DNA of 64,000 bases, from NCBI GenBank assembly GCA_951406725.2, contig OX597819.1:57474001-57538000 (forward strand), given 5' to 3'. Of the stretch, positions 26,515 through 38,459 are shown in pieces. This stretch comes from Octopus vulgaris. Lineage: Eukaryota. Within the stretch, counting starts at the first letter, position 1. Each line of letters opens with the position of its first letter. Under the pieces are notes generated by a model, which saw only the letters and a list, made by a program, of their open reading frames with translations, searched no databases and was not told the DNA's origin. The position numbers and the translations under genes are program-made.

Positions 26515-27717
26515 ATGTTGAACATTCGGTATTAATTATTAACACCTAAAATGTAATTAATAATTGTTTCAATTAAAATTATGTCAATATTTCATTTCAT
26601 ACATTTCAGAAAAGGAGACCATTTCTACAATAAGTGACAGAACGTATTCCAGTTGTTTGTTTCCTGGTTTCCATTGGTCTGATATTTTCATCTTTATTGT
26701 AAGTTTTTTAATTAGTTGTGTAGGAACAGCTTTTATAATTTTGATATATTCATGTTTTTCAACAATTTGGACGATAAAATCTACATTTACTTTTAGTTCT
26801 TTATTTAAAAATTTGATTCAGAACTCACATCGACTTGAACAAAATGATTGCAAAGAATGAACGAATGGCGGTATCAAACCAGTTAACCCAGGAGATCTAC
26901 TATCCAAAACATGACAGGTTTATCGAAAGGACGTCCAAACAGTTTTCGTCTACAAAATTCTACCTCATAATTATTTGGTACTCTGGGAGCTATGAAGACA
27001 TTTGCCTGCTTTGATCGTGCGCGAAACCATGCGCTTACTAAGCGGGCATTTAAGTCCTATATATATGACTAACACCATTAGTCATGTATATATGGTGAGA
27101 CCAGAAAAGATAGAGTCATTACAACGTCGAATAAAATGTCTTGTGATATTTTTTTCAACGTTTACACTCTGATTATAAACCCTGCTGAGATTGAGTTACC
27201 TTCAACCTTCCGATGTTGATATAATATCCTTGTCATATACAGCGAACGATGAAATCTAATAAAAACACATTCTGATTGTTAGTAAGAGTTATTCAGTATC
27301 GCACTTGTTTATAGAAGTGGAAATAGAACATCAACCTCAACCTATTTCATGTCACACGCACTTGGCCAATTAAGAAACACAGCTATAAAATACAGAGCTG
27401 CTAAGGGACGCTTCAAATGGTAGATGCCGTAATTTGAATCGATATCGACATTAAGAACCTTAAGACTATTTATAGTAATGCCGAACCATCGCCATAAATT
27501 CTTCTCTGTCTGTAGATGTATAATATAATAGATGTCGAAATGAAGGGTTAATGTAAAAGATTATTGCTGTATTATAATAATTTTACAAGCATCTCGGCCT
27601 GTTAAACCATATTCATCATGTCTTCTGAAGTTTTATATTCAACGCATAGGGGATAATATACAATAATATATACATACATATATACACATATATATATATG
27701 TGTATATGTATATGTAC

Positions 27718-27794
<77 letters not shown>

Positions 27795-28180
27795 CACATA
27801 TGTATATATAAGAACACATATATATATATATATATAACGTAATCGTTAATATTCAGACGGTTGTGTTAGTTAATGGTGTTAGCTTTAGATGTTTGATCAG
27901 TGATAATACATATACAGTGATGATCGTATGGTACAGCTAATGGCAAAAGTTTATTAAACTCAACTTATCAATTAGCAACTGTAGCGCTTTTTAGTGATGT
28001 CACTTACTATTTACATCGATTTGAATAAATGCCTAACGTAGGTATAGGTCCCCTGTGAAGGAATGTATAAATACATGTGCAATATATATATATATATATA
28101 TCTTTATATATATATATACCTATATATATGTATGTATTTGTATACATATTTATTTATTTATGTATATATATATAAATATA

Positions 28181-28237
<57 letters not shown>

Positions 28238-28264
28238 ATTTATATACGTATATACATATATAAT

Positions 28265-29480
28265 TCTATATCACGTCATCTCATAAGTTCTGTCCCATTT
28301 TACCTATTTGTATATTGAATGAAATTTAATAGTATTTTAGAATGTCTAATTGAATTAAAAATTATTTTTATACATTTGTGTACATTTAAATACAGAATAA
28401 TAGAACTAATTTTTTTTCATTAAAACCTTTTCTAACATGGAAGTATCCCGAGAGCATTTAAGGCACATAATGCTTAATGAGTACAAAAAAGGAAACTCTG
28501 CAGCCGAAGCGACTCGAAACATACACTGAGTTTATGGGAAAGAATGTTTGAATGAGAAATCTTGCAGAAGATGGTTTGCAAATTTCAGAAGTGGACATTT
28601 CAGCCTTGAAGATAAATATCGAACAGGACGTTCAGTTGAGTTTGATGATAAGCTCCTTGGGGCATTACTTGAGAAAATCCGGCATTATCAGTTGAAGAAT
28701 TGGCAATAAAGCTTAGTTCAAACCATACGAATATTTATCGTCATCTTCAACAACTTGGAAAGGTTCCTAAACTTGGAAGATGGGTTCCTCATGAATTGTC
28801 CGAAAGCAACCGAAAATCTCAAGTTGACATCTGCTCCTCTCTCCACTCTCGCAAAATTATTTCATCCTTTTTGGATAGACTTGTGACTGGTCACAGAAAA
28901 TGGATCTACTATCGAAATGTTAAACGACATAGACAGTGGCTTGGTAAAAGGGAAAAGGCTCAACCACAACCTTGAAGGGAAGTTCATAGGCAAATGGTCC
29001 TTCTCTCTATCTGATGGGATTGCAAAGGAGTAATTCACTTTGAATTGTTACTACATAATGCAACAATCAATGCTCAAATCTACTGCCAGTAATTGGAGCG
29101 TTTGAACCAAGCTTTGAAGAAAACAAGGACCCGCTTTAGTTAATCGAAAAAGAGTGATGTTTCATCAGGAGAATGCGAGATCGAACGCTGCAATGAACAC
29201 ATAACAGAAGATCGAAGAGCTTGGTTTGGGAAGAAATACCTCATCCAACTTGTTCTCCAGACCTTGCTCCTTCGGACTACCATTTGTTTCGTAGTTTACA
29301 GAATCATTTGGAGGACATAACTTTCGCAAGCAAGGAGGGGGTTCTTCGCTTTGAAACCAAAATAGTTTTACATTGGGATTAAAAAGGTTGTAAATAGATG
29401 GGAAGAAGCCATAGATAACCAGGGAAAGAAAATTGCTCATTAAATTTCAATTAAATATACCATTCGATCACTTGTTTTCT
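28265..29480 (+). mobile_element. Mariner (DD34D) transposon; transposase pseudogene about 28437-29430
   Basis: MEVSREHLRHIML...AAEATRNI, GRWVPHEL, LVTG, SPDLAPSDYHLFRSLQN; several stops and frameshifts; right TIR not seen. Confidence 0.9.
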
Positions 29481-29534
29481 TTATATACATGCATATATAT
29501 TACATATATACATATATATATCTTTATTATTATA

Positions 29535-29605
<71 letters not shown>

Positions 29606-29790
29606 TATAAAAGGGTTTAGTAAAATAAATTACTTTGCCACATACTGAATTCATTAGAAATAGCAGCCAAAAACGTTTTTTAGCTATTTCTAATACTTAA
29701 AGAAAAATTTCTCTCAGATAGTGTTTACTCAGAATAACCCACGAAGGTATGGGGGTAAAAAACATTAAAAAATCACAAGTGCAAAGATTA

Positions 29791-29853
29791 TTTGAGAACG
29801 TTACTTTTCTAGATCAGCCAAATAAAATTCGACATTTCTTTCGTCAGCCCAAA
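29791..29853 (-). ncRNA. Hammerhead in unit 1 (stem III mutated, GAAAA instead of GAAAC)
   Basis: TTTGGG-CTGACGA-stem II-GAAAAGTAACGTT-CTCAAA. Confidence 0.55.
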
Positions 29854-30354
29854 ATTTCTTAATTTGGATTTGGAAACACTGAAAGTAGGAACATACCCTT
29901 TTGGCGACTTAACACCTCAGACGACCCGTTCAAACTGACAGTGCCAACAAATTCAAAATATGCAAGCGAAGAATTCCTGTTCTCCCTTTCCACCCACGTG
30001 GGCTAAACTAGCAAACACCATATTTTAGCAGTGAAAACCGAGGCAATAAACAGAGAGAAATGAATTATAATTTCAACAATTGAGGGTAAAATTAATTAGT
30101 TATTAATCAATTTCACCAAGTATTCAGTATGTAAAAGGACCATTTAAGGCGAATTCAAAATATTACATTAATATAAAAGGGTTAGTAAAATAAATTACTT
30201 TGCCACATACTGAACTCATTAGAAATAGCAGCCAAAAAAGTTTTTAGCTATTTCTAATACTTAAAGAAAAATTTCTCTCAGATAGTGTTTACTCAGAATA
30301 ACCCACGAAGGTATGGGGGTAAAAAACATTAAAAAATCACAAGTGCAAAGATTA

Positions 30355-30417
30355 TTTGAGAACGTTACGTTTCTAGATCAGCCAAATAAAATTCGACATT
30401 TCTTTCGTCAGCCCAAA
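30355..30417 (-). ncRNA. Hammerhead in unit 2
   Basis: Stem I TTTGGG/CTCAAA; core CTGACGA; stem II aga..gtcgaa/tttggc..tct; GAAAC-GTAAC-GTT. Confidence 0.7.
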
Positions 30418-30920
30418 ATTTCTTAATTTGGATTTGGAAACACTGAAAGTAGGAACATACCCTTTTGGCGACTTAACACCTCAGACGACCCGTTCAAACT
30501 GACAGTGCCAACAAATTCAAAATATGCAAGCGAAGAATTTCTGTTCTCCCTTTCCACCCACGTGGGCTAAACTAGCAAACACCATATTTTAGCGGTGAAA
30601 ACCGAGGCAATAAACAGAGAGAAATGAATTATAATTTCAACAATTGAGGGTAAAATTAATTCGTTATTAATCAATTTCACCAAGTATTCAGTATGTAAAA
30701 GGACCATTTAAGGCGAATTCAAAATATTACATTAATATAAAAGGGCTTAGTAAAATAAATTACTTTGCCACATACTGAACTCATTAGAAATAGCAGCCAA
30801 AAAAGTTTTTTAGCTATTTCTAATACTTAAAGAAAAATTTCTCTCAGATAGTGTTTACTCAGAATAACCCACGAAGGTATGGGGGTAAAAAACATTAAAA
30901 AATCACAAGTGCAAAGATTA

Positions 30921-30983
30921 TTTGAGAACGTTACGTTTCTAGATCAGCCAAATAAAATTCGACATTTCTTTCGTCAGCCCAAA
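30921..30983 (-). ncRNA. Hammerhead in unit 3
   Basis: Same as unit 2. Confidence 0.7.
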
Positions 30984-31379
30984 ATTTCTTAATTTGGATT
31001 TGGAAACACTGAAAGTAGGAACATACCCTTTTGGCGACTTAACACCTCAGACGACCCGTTCAAACTGACAGTGCCAACAAATTCAAAATATGCAAGCGAA
31101 GAATTCCTGTTCTCCCTTTCCACCCACGTGGGCTAAACTAGCAAACACCAGTATGTGGCAAAGTAATTTATTTTACTAAGCCCTTTTATATTAATGTAAT
31201 ATCTTGAATTCGCCTTAAATGGTCCTTTTACATACTGAATACTTGGTGAAATTGATTAATAACTAATTAATTTTACCCTCAATTGTTGAAATATATATAT
31301 ATATATATACACATATATATTCATATATATGCATATATGTATATATATATATATATATGCATATATATATTAATATATA

Positions 31380-31454
<75 letters not shown>

Positions 31455-31456
31455 TA

Positions 31457-31670
31457 TGAATTTAAACTAATAAGGCTGAAAATTTGGATATCAATTTAAA
31501 ACCAGTGGTTTAGCATATTAAAATCTGAAGATTCAGAAAAATTATATTACATACAGTATAAGAGGGATCACCACTACGTGGATATCCATCATGCTGAAGG
31601 TAGATCCGCTATGGTCTTACCACTAAGAAAGGTATGTTCTCAAGAAAATTCTCAAGAAAATTCTAGCAAA
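31457..31670 (-). mobile_element. PLE-like 3'-terminal repeat (family T) abutting (TA)n
   Basis: Homologous to 35889-36072 (+), 36145-36352 (-) and 53557-53750 (-). Confidence 0.6.
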
Positions 31671-31853
31671 TGTCTGAAATTTAAAATTTATATTAATTAA
31701 ATTAATATTCAATTTGACATTAATAATAATAATGAATTATTATTCAACCATCCTGATCTCTGTTTCTAATATTTAATGTATGTACATCGCCTCGAAACCT
31801 TCTACTATGTAAATATATGTATTATACCTGTGGATTCCATCCATTTTCTTCTT

Positions 31854-31893
<40 letters not shown>

Positions 31894-32446
31894 CCCTTCA
31901 TTAAAAAATCTAGAACAAATGCATATACACAAATAAATACATATCCACCTAGATCAAACAATCAAAATCCAAAAGAATACAAACAAAGTAAAGTAACCCA
32001 GCGCTTAGACGTAAGCCATTCTCTATCTAATAACAGGAATTACCCATCTATTAGAAACACTAGAAGAAACTATCCTAGAGTAAGGAGCGATAATTTTTTC
32101 TACCCACCATCTAGAAATATGCAAGAGACCCCCTTTACCCTTCAACCAAGAAACAACATAATTAAACACCCCAAGAATTCACTCCAACGAAAAAATCCTA
32201 ACCACGTGCCCCCAACCAGTTTACCCAGGCAACAACACCAACCCCCCAGCTACCCGAATATAATAAGTACTAATAATACTGATTTAATTAATAACAATAA
32301 TAACTCAAATAATAAAATCTACCAACCGAACCTCAATCAACATTTTTTAGACCAAGTGGAGAGAAACAGGGACACACGTTGGAACAAAACGTACAGGAGA
32401 AACCATAGTTATTAACTTATCAAAGAAAACTCTATCCGTAACAAAA

Positions 32447-34575
32447 ATGAATATACTAGCCAAAGGCTTAAAATTCACCCCAACTCCACGAAGAGCTAAC
32501 CATAATGAAATTAAAGACAATATTTCAGAATTCTGCAGAAAACTACGACTCGCAGAAGCACTAATTGACTACGACAACGAAGTTGAATCACTAGTCAAAA
32601 ACAGAAGTAATTACCTCCCACATAAGGGTAGGAATAAAACACTGGATGACTACTGCAAACATATCCAAAATTTCCCCTACACATCCATTAAACGAAAAAT
32701 TAATCCTAACCTCAATAATCTAGAATGGAAAAATCTGACTGAACTAAAAAACGACACAGACCTGACAATTAAAGAAGCTGACAAAGGAAGTGCTGTCGTT
32801 TTGATGGACACAGAACACTATAAAAAACTAGTACTTTCCATATTAGAAAACGAGGCCTTCTACGAAAAGATTATAAACTATAAACAACAAAAAACCATGA
32901 AAAATCTTGTATCCTTAATTTGAAGTCACGAACTTCAAATGTAAACCCAGTCTTTTTTATGGCCTCCCTAAAATACACAAGAGAAAGATAAACAATGAAG
33001 CCTGCAAACAATCACCAGGCAAATATATAAACATCCAAACGCCAGAAGACTTGACTTTAAGACCCATTGTAGCTGGACCAGCCTGTGAAACCCACCGACT
33101 GAGCAATTTTCTAGACATCCTACTGAAAGCCTTGCTGAAATACATCAAAAGCTTCATTAGGGATGATTTAGACATCTTAGAACACCTACCAAAAACGATT
33201 AATGAAGAAGCAGTATTGGTCACCCTTGATGTTATCAATCTTTACAACAACATCCCCCATGATTATGGAATGAAAGCAATTAAATTCTGGTTGGAAAAGT
33301 ACCCCGAAGTCCTCCCGGAAAGCATAAACCAGACCTTTATTATTGAATCCTTAAAATTTATACTTCAGAACAATTATTTCCTGTTTGATGACACGTACTA
33401 TCCTCAGAAATGCGGAATTACGATGAGGACGAAAGCAGCTCCTGTTCTTGCAAATCTAATAATGGGCTATTTTGAATTCACCTTATATGAAGTATCACTT
33501 CAGAAATATGGTTACCCATTTTACCTCTACAAAAGAGAAAATTGGAAGCGATACTTGGACGACTGTTTTATCATCTGGAAGGAGAACATCGACAAACGTT
33601 TGGATTTCAAAACAACACTAAATGACATAAATAGTAACATTCAATTCACAATGGAATATGATAAAGAACAACCAATGAAATCATAAATGACATTTATTAT
33701 AAACCAACTGACGCAAAACAATATCTTCTTTTTAACTCATGCCACCCGAAACACATAAAAATAAACATCCCTTTTAACTTAGCAAAAAGGATCTGCACAA
33801 TAGTGTCTGATAGAATAACTCGGGACCTTCGTCTTCAAGACCTCAAAACAACACTTATTGAAAGACAATATCCACCCTCTCTCATAGACGAGGGAATTAA
33901 ACGAGTCAAACAATTAGACACAAAAACACTAAGAACAAAAAAACATAGCACCACACCTCAAACCAAAACATTACTTTTTATATCAACACACAACCCCAGA
34001 AACAGTGAGGCATTCAACACTATTGTGCAAACTCTCCCTTTACTAACTAGAGATCCAAAAATGAACGACATCCTGAAAACACACAAACTCATCAAATGCA
34101 AAAAACAAGACAAATCGCTAAAGAGACTACTAACAAATCGAAGCTTTACAAAACAATCATGAAACCAACGGTTGAAAAATGTGGACGCCCGAACTGTGGA
34201 ACCTGCCCCCACCTGCTGGAAGGCTCGGACTTCCTTTTCAAACAAGGACAGAGGTTCACAATTAAAACTAGTTTCACCTGTGCCTCTGAGAACCTAATTT
34301 ATGTAATAACCTGCTCTGGTTGCAGTCACCAGTACATTGGACAAACGAGTTTAATTTTGAGAAAGAGAATTACTCTGCATAAGTAGCAAATCCGTTTCCC
34401 TCAATACAGACAAATCCCTCTTAGTGAACACAGAAAAATGTGCAGGTAACATCAAACCAAATTTTACAGTCTTCCCTTTTTACCAGTGCAAAGACACAAT
34501 CTCTCAACTAGAACGCTTAAATAAAGAAACTTTTTTCATTGAAAAATACAAAACGCGTCTGAATAAACACGCATA
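32447..34575 (+). pseudogene. PLE RT plus GIY-YIG endonuclease, frameshifted
   Basis: ORFs 32447-32923, 33051-33686, 33803-34162 and 34096-34386. Confidence 0.9.
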
Positions 34576-34855
34576 ACCAATTTTTATATTTTTACATATT
34601 ACATCACTGTACATAAATCCCCTACTAAACAAGGCCCCCCTTTTTTTAAAACCTGTCTCCTTTCTGTACACATATTTTTCCCCACACAAAACCTAGACAG
34701 TTATCTCCCCTACACACAACAATAACAATAATAACAACCAATTACCTCCCTTTACTTGTCAACTTGTAAAATCATTCATTCGTGAATCTCATTATAAACA
34801 ACATGGACCCATTTTCTACTTAAGAAAAAAAAATATTTTCATATAAATTAAACAT

Positions 34856-34892
34856 TGTATCATGAATAGCGATTGCGAAACCGGTCGATACA
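34856..34892 (+). ncRNA. Minimal type I hammerhead with A3-U8 core variant
   Basis: TGTATC-ATGAATA-GC(GATT)GC-GAAAC-CG-GTC-GATACA; 6-bp stem I, palindromic stem III ACCGGT, GUC site at 34884-34886. Confidence 0.75.
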
Positions 34893-35039
34893 TTAAAAAT
34901 TATACTATAACCATGTAAGTGTGCGTATTTTCCGTTTTTATTTTTCTTATATATATATATACATGCATATATATACATATATAAATATATGTTTATATAT
35001 ATATATATATATATTATTTATATTATGTTTGTTTATCTT

Positions 35040-35085
35040 TTCCAGTTTCAGCTCTTGAGCTGTGGCCATGCTGGGACACCACCAT
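35040..35085 (-). mobile_element. Extreme 3' stub of the CR1-type LINE
   Basis: gtttcagctcttgagctgtggccatgctgggacaccacca matches 1376-1415. Confidence 0.7.
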
Positions 35086-35604
35086 TTATATACATTTATA
35101 TATTTATATACATATATATTTACATATATATAATATATGGATAATATGTATATATATATATATATTTAAATATACATATATTTACGTATATTTATATATA
35201 TATATATATAATTATTTATCTTTCTCTCTCTCTATCTATATAGCTATCTATTTATAAGGAAAACTTTGACCTAGTTCTCCTAACGCTGAATCCGTTCATC
35301 AAATAGTAGTAATTGGCATTTAGTTCTGACAATGCTGTCTTCCACATAAATTCCTTATATGAAGCCATGACATCCCCTTTATCCCATTTCTATAGTTAGA
35401 AAATCTTTATTGTCTATTTTCATTTGTTCTTCCCTCTCAGAACCTTACAATAATCTGGAACAACTGAATCTTAGTCAGTCAGTTGATGGGCTCCATTACC
35501 TCAAATGTTCTTAAAATTTAAATCCACATCTTTGTCTATGTATCTACCTTCTCTATAAGGTTGCCACTTGATATGAACATTTTTATATTAATGGAAAACC
35601 TCTA

Positions 35605-35697
35605 TAATTGGCTGATGAGTGCTCAGCATTTTAAAACTGTTGTAATACTTACGGCATTTAATAAAGTGATGTAGTACGAAACGATCGTACCAAATTA
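35605..35697 (+). ncRNA. Canonical type I hammerhead with extended stem II, within a decayed PLE 3' end (about 35230-35730)
   Basis: TTGG-CTGATGA(35612-35618)-GTGCT...AGTAC-GAAAC-GATC-GTA-CCAA; predicted cut after 35689. Confidence 0.85.
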
Positions 35698-35771
35698 CCG
35701 GTGTCATTCTTGTTGTTTATTTCTATTTATATATATCTATCTATCTATCTATATATATATATTCATATATG

Positions 35772-36072
35772 CAAAATTAAGAGGGGTGACCTCTAAAGTG
35801 GACGCCTAATACGCTAAACATATACGTCAAATTGCCATAACCACGAAGAGTGTATACTCAAGAAAAAGTTAGGCGTTTTGCTGAGATGTTTCTTGAGAAT
35901 ACACTCTTCGTGGTTATGGCGACTTGACGTATATGATTAGCGTATTAGGTGTCCACTTTATTGGTCCTCTCTCTTAATTTTGAATCAACACAATTTCTAA
36001 TCTTCGTATTTTTTAAACATGCTAAGCCGATGGTTTTAATTCAATATAATTTTCTACTGTTACTATTCAATT
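35772..36072 (+). mobile_element. Family T repeat with inverted 5' copy forming a ~94-bp hairpin (35772-35982)
   Basis: Arms 35772-35865 and 35889-35982 are reverse complements with few mismatches. Confidence 0.8.
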
Positions 36073-36090
36073 TATATATTTATATATATA

Positions 36091-36144
<54 letters not shown>

Positions 36145-36145
<1 letters not shown>

Positions 36146-36352
36146 GATAAAATTAATTAAGGGTAGAAATTGATATTTATCAATTAAGGCCAGTGGTCTA
36201 GCATATTAAAAAAGAATCCGAAGATTAAAATATTTATATATACCAATTAAGGACTGAACACGAAAAGTGGACAGTCAACATGCTAGATATAGACATCAAA
36301 TCGTCATTCTCCACAAAAGATTATGTTCTCAGATCAAACTCAACACAAAAAG
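36145..36352 (-). mobile_element. Family T repeat
   Basis: tatcaattaaggccagtggtctagcatatt...gtggac...catgctagatataga...tgttctcaga. Confidence 0.6.
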
Positions 36353-36394
36353 GTATATATGTATATGTATATATGGATATTTATATATATATAT

Positions 36395-37070
36395 AACGGG
36401 AAGCTTTATGAAAATAGACAAAAGACGAAGGCAGGTTTACGGAAATAAACAAAAGACGAAGGCAGGTGGAATACAAACAAACAATTGTATTAGTATGGCG
36501 CTCAGGAAATATAAATAAAACAAGTCTTTAACGTTTCGAGCCTACGCTCTTCAACAGAAAGATACACAGAGAAGAAACACAGAAAGAAAGAGAGAAAATA
36601 AATGCGTGCAGAGGCTAGCGAATCAACATGGCGATCTGATTTCGGCCAGAAGTCAAAGATCAAACGTGAGACGCAAGAGCGAAATTAGGGGAGATAATAG
36701 GATTAAATGACCTCGCTCCAACATAAGAGTGTGTGTGTGTGTATGAGAGAGTATTAGTGCGTATGAGAGGTCTGGACGTGTGTATGTATATATGATGTGA
36801 TGTGTAAAGTCGTATGGTGTAGTGTAGAGAGGGGGGGAAAGAACGGGGAGAAGAGGGGAGAAGGAAAGGGGAGAAGAGGAGGGGGAAGGGGAGAAGGAAG
36901 AAGAGGAGAAGAGGAGGGGAGAGGAGGAGGGAGGATAGAGGGAGAGGGGGAGAGAGAGAAGGGGAGAGAGAGAGAGAAGGGGAGTGAGGGAGCAGAGAGA
37001 AAGAGGGAAGGGGAAGAGGGAAGAAGGAGGTAATCAAAACGGAGAGTTTGACACTTGGCACGGCAGGCTT
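36395..37070 (-). mobile_element. Non-autonomous PLE-like repeat with HHR-like motif and purine tract
   Basis: Homologous to 180-395; abuts (TA)n. Confidence 0.6.
36525..36562 (-). ncRNA. Minimal hammerhead-like motif
   Basis: TCTTT-CTGTTGA-A-GAGC(GTAG)GCTC-GAAAC-GTT-AAAGA; stem I TCTTT/AAAGA. Confidence 0.6.
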
Positions 37071-37107
37071 AAGGAAACGACTTCTCTTCCCCTCACACTC
37101 TCTCCCC

Positions 37108-37420
37108 TTTACTTGTTTCAGTCATTTGACTGCGGCCATGCTGGAGCACCGCCTTTAGTCGAGCAAATCGACCCCGGGACTTATTCTTTGTAAGCCCAGT
37201 ACTTATTCTATCCGTCTCTTTTGCCGAACCGCTAAGTGACGGGGACGTAAACACACCAGCATCGGTTGTCAAGCAATGCTAGGGAGACAAACACAGACAC
37301 ACAAACACATACACACACACCCATATATATATATATACATATATACGACAGGCTTCTTTCAGTTTCCGTCTACCAAATCCACTCACAAGGCATTGGTCGG
37401 CCCGGAGCTATAGCAGAAGA

Positions 37421-37422
<2 letters not shown>
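37108..37422 (-). mobile_element. SINE family A, head lost at (TA)n
   Basis: High identity to 60000-60310. Confidence 0.85.
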
Positions 37423-37472
<50 letters not shown>

Positions 37473-37666
37473 GTGTGGTATGCATTGTGTGGGTCATACG
37501 CGTGAAGGTTGCGTTTTTCATGTCATCTCAAAATCGATTTGTATATTTTTGTTAAACTATTTTCTCTCTTGGTCTACAAATATGTGTTATATTTTCTGTA
37601 TTTGATTTTCACTAGGATGTTATATATATATTGTTATATAAACTTACATTCATATATATATACATA

Positions 37667-37722
<56 letters not shown>

Positions 37723-37818
37723 TACACACATACACAGAAATGTATATATATTTGTGAATATACGCGTGTCTACAGATATATATATATATATATATATAGT
37801 TAATCCAAACATGAAAAC

Positions 37819-37888
<70 letters not shown>

Positions 37889-38421
37889 ACACGAACACTC
37901 ATAAGTGTGTACGTCTTTGTATGGCACTTATTGAAAATAATGTGAAAATGATTTTTACGAAACAGAAAATGAAATAACGGCAAGACGCAAAACAATTTGT
38001 GCCGCATTTACAGCGCCTTACTTCAATGAGTTAGATTATGTAGAGAGCGCAAACGGCTCTCGAATGTCTAAATTACGATTGTTGCTGACTGCACGTATGA
38101 AAGCAATATTTCATACAGTAGTGTTATTGGTTAATACAGCCAATAAATAGGTATAAAAAATGTATGTTAATATCATATTTCTCCTGGTTATTCATTTATT
38201 TGTTGTAACCCAACAGAACGAATTACATTCTATTACGTTCTATTCTTCGTCTGAAACCACATTAATGTGAAAATGAGGATCGGTACTAAAAAATTTTGTA
38301 AGAGAAAAATATGATTATAAAGGACAGCCATTGCCTTCAATTTGCTTTTAAATATTTTCTAGTTGTGTAATGATAGCCGGGTTGTTTAATTCTTCCGATC
38401 ATTCTTGCACAGAGGGAGTGC

Positions 38422-38459
<38 letters not shown>

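Larger units (their letters stand above)
29601..31292 (-). mobile_element. Tandem ~565-bp non-coding retroelement array (candidate retrozyme), about 2.7 units plus a 142-bp inverted segment, flanked by (TA)n
   Basis: Units start at 29601, 30167 and 30731 and differ by only a few substitutions or indels; 31151-31292 is the reverse complement of the unit junction; no ORF; one HHR per unit on the minus strand. Confidence 0.85.
31890..34950 (+). mobile_element. Penelope-like element (Neptune-like), near full length and decayed, between (TA)n tracts
   Basis: KGLKFTPTP, IKEADKGSAVV, LRPIVAGP, LDVINLY, RYLDDCF, YKPTD and SCHPKH; CGRPNCGTC linker; GIY-YIG LIYVITC..C..QYIGQT; HHR in the 3' region. 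Confidence 0.92.

Noticed and set aside
29601-31150. CRISPR-like array or simple satellite
   Set aside because: No repeat-spacer alternation; units are near-identical along their full length in a eukaryotic context; inversion and HHR point to retrotransposition
37108-37140. SINE tail hairpin followed by GAAAC-AA-GTA resembling half a hammerhead
   Set aside because: No CUGANGA core; better explained as the CR1-type 3' stem-loop
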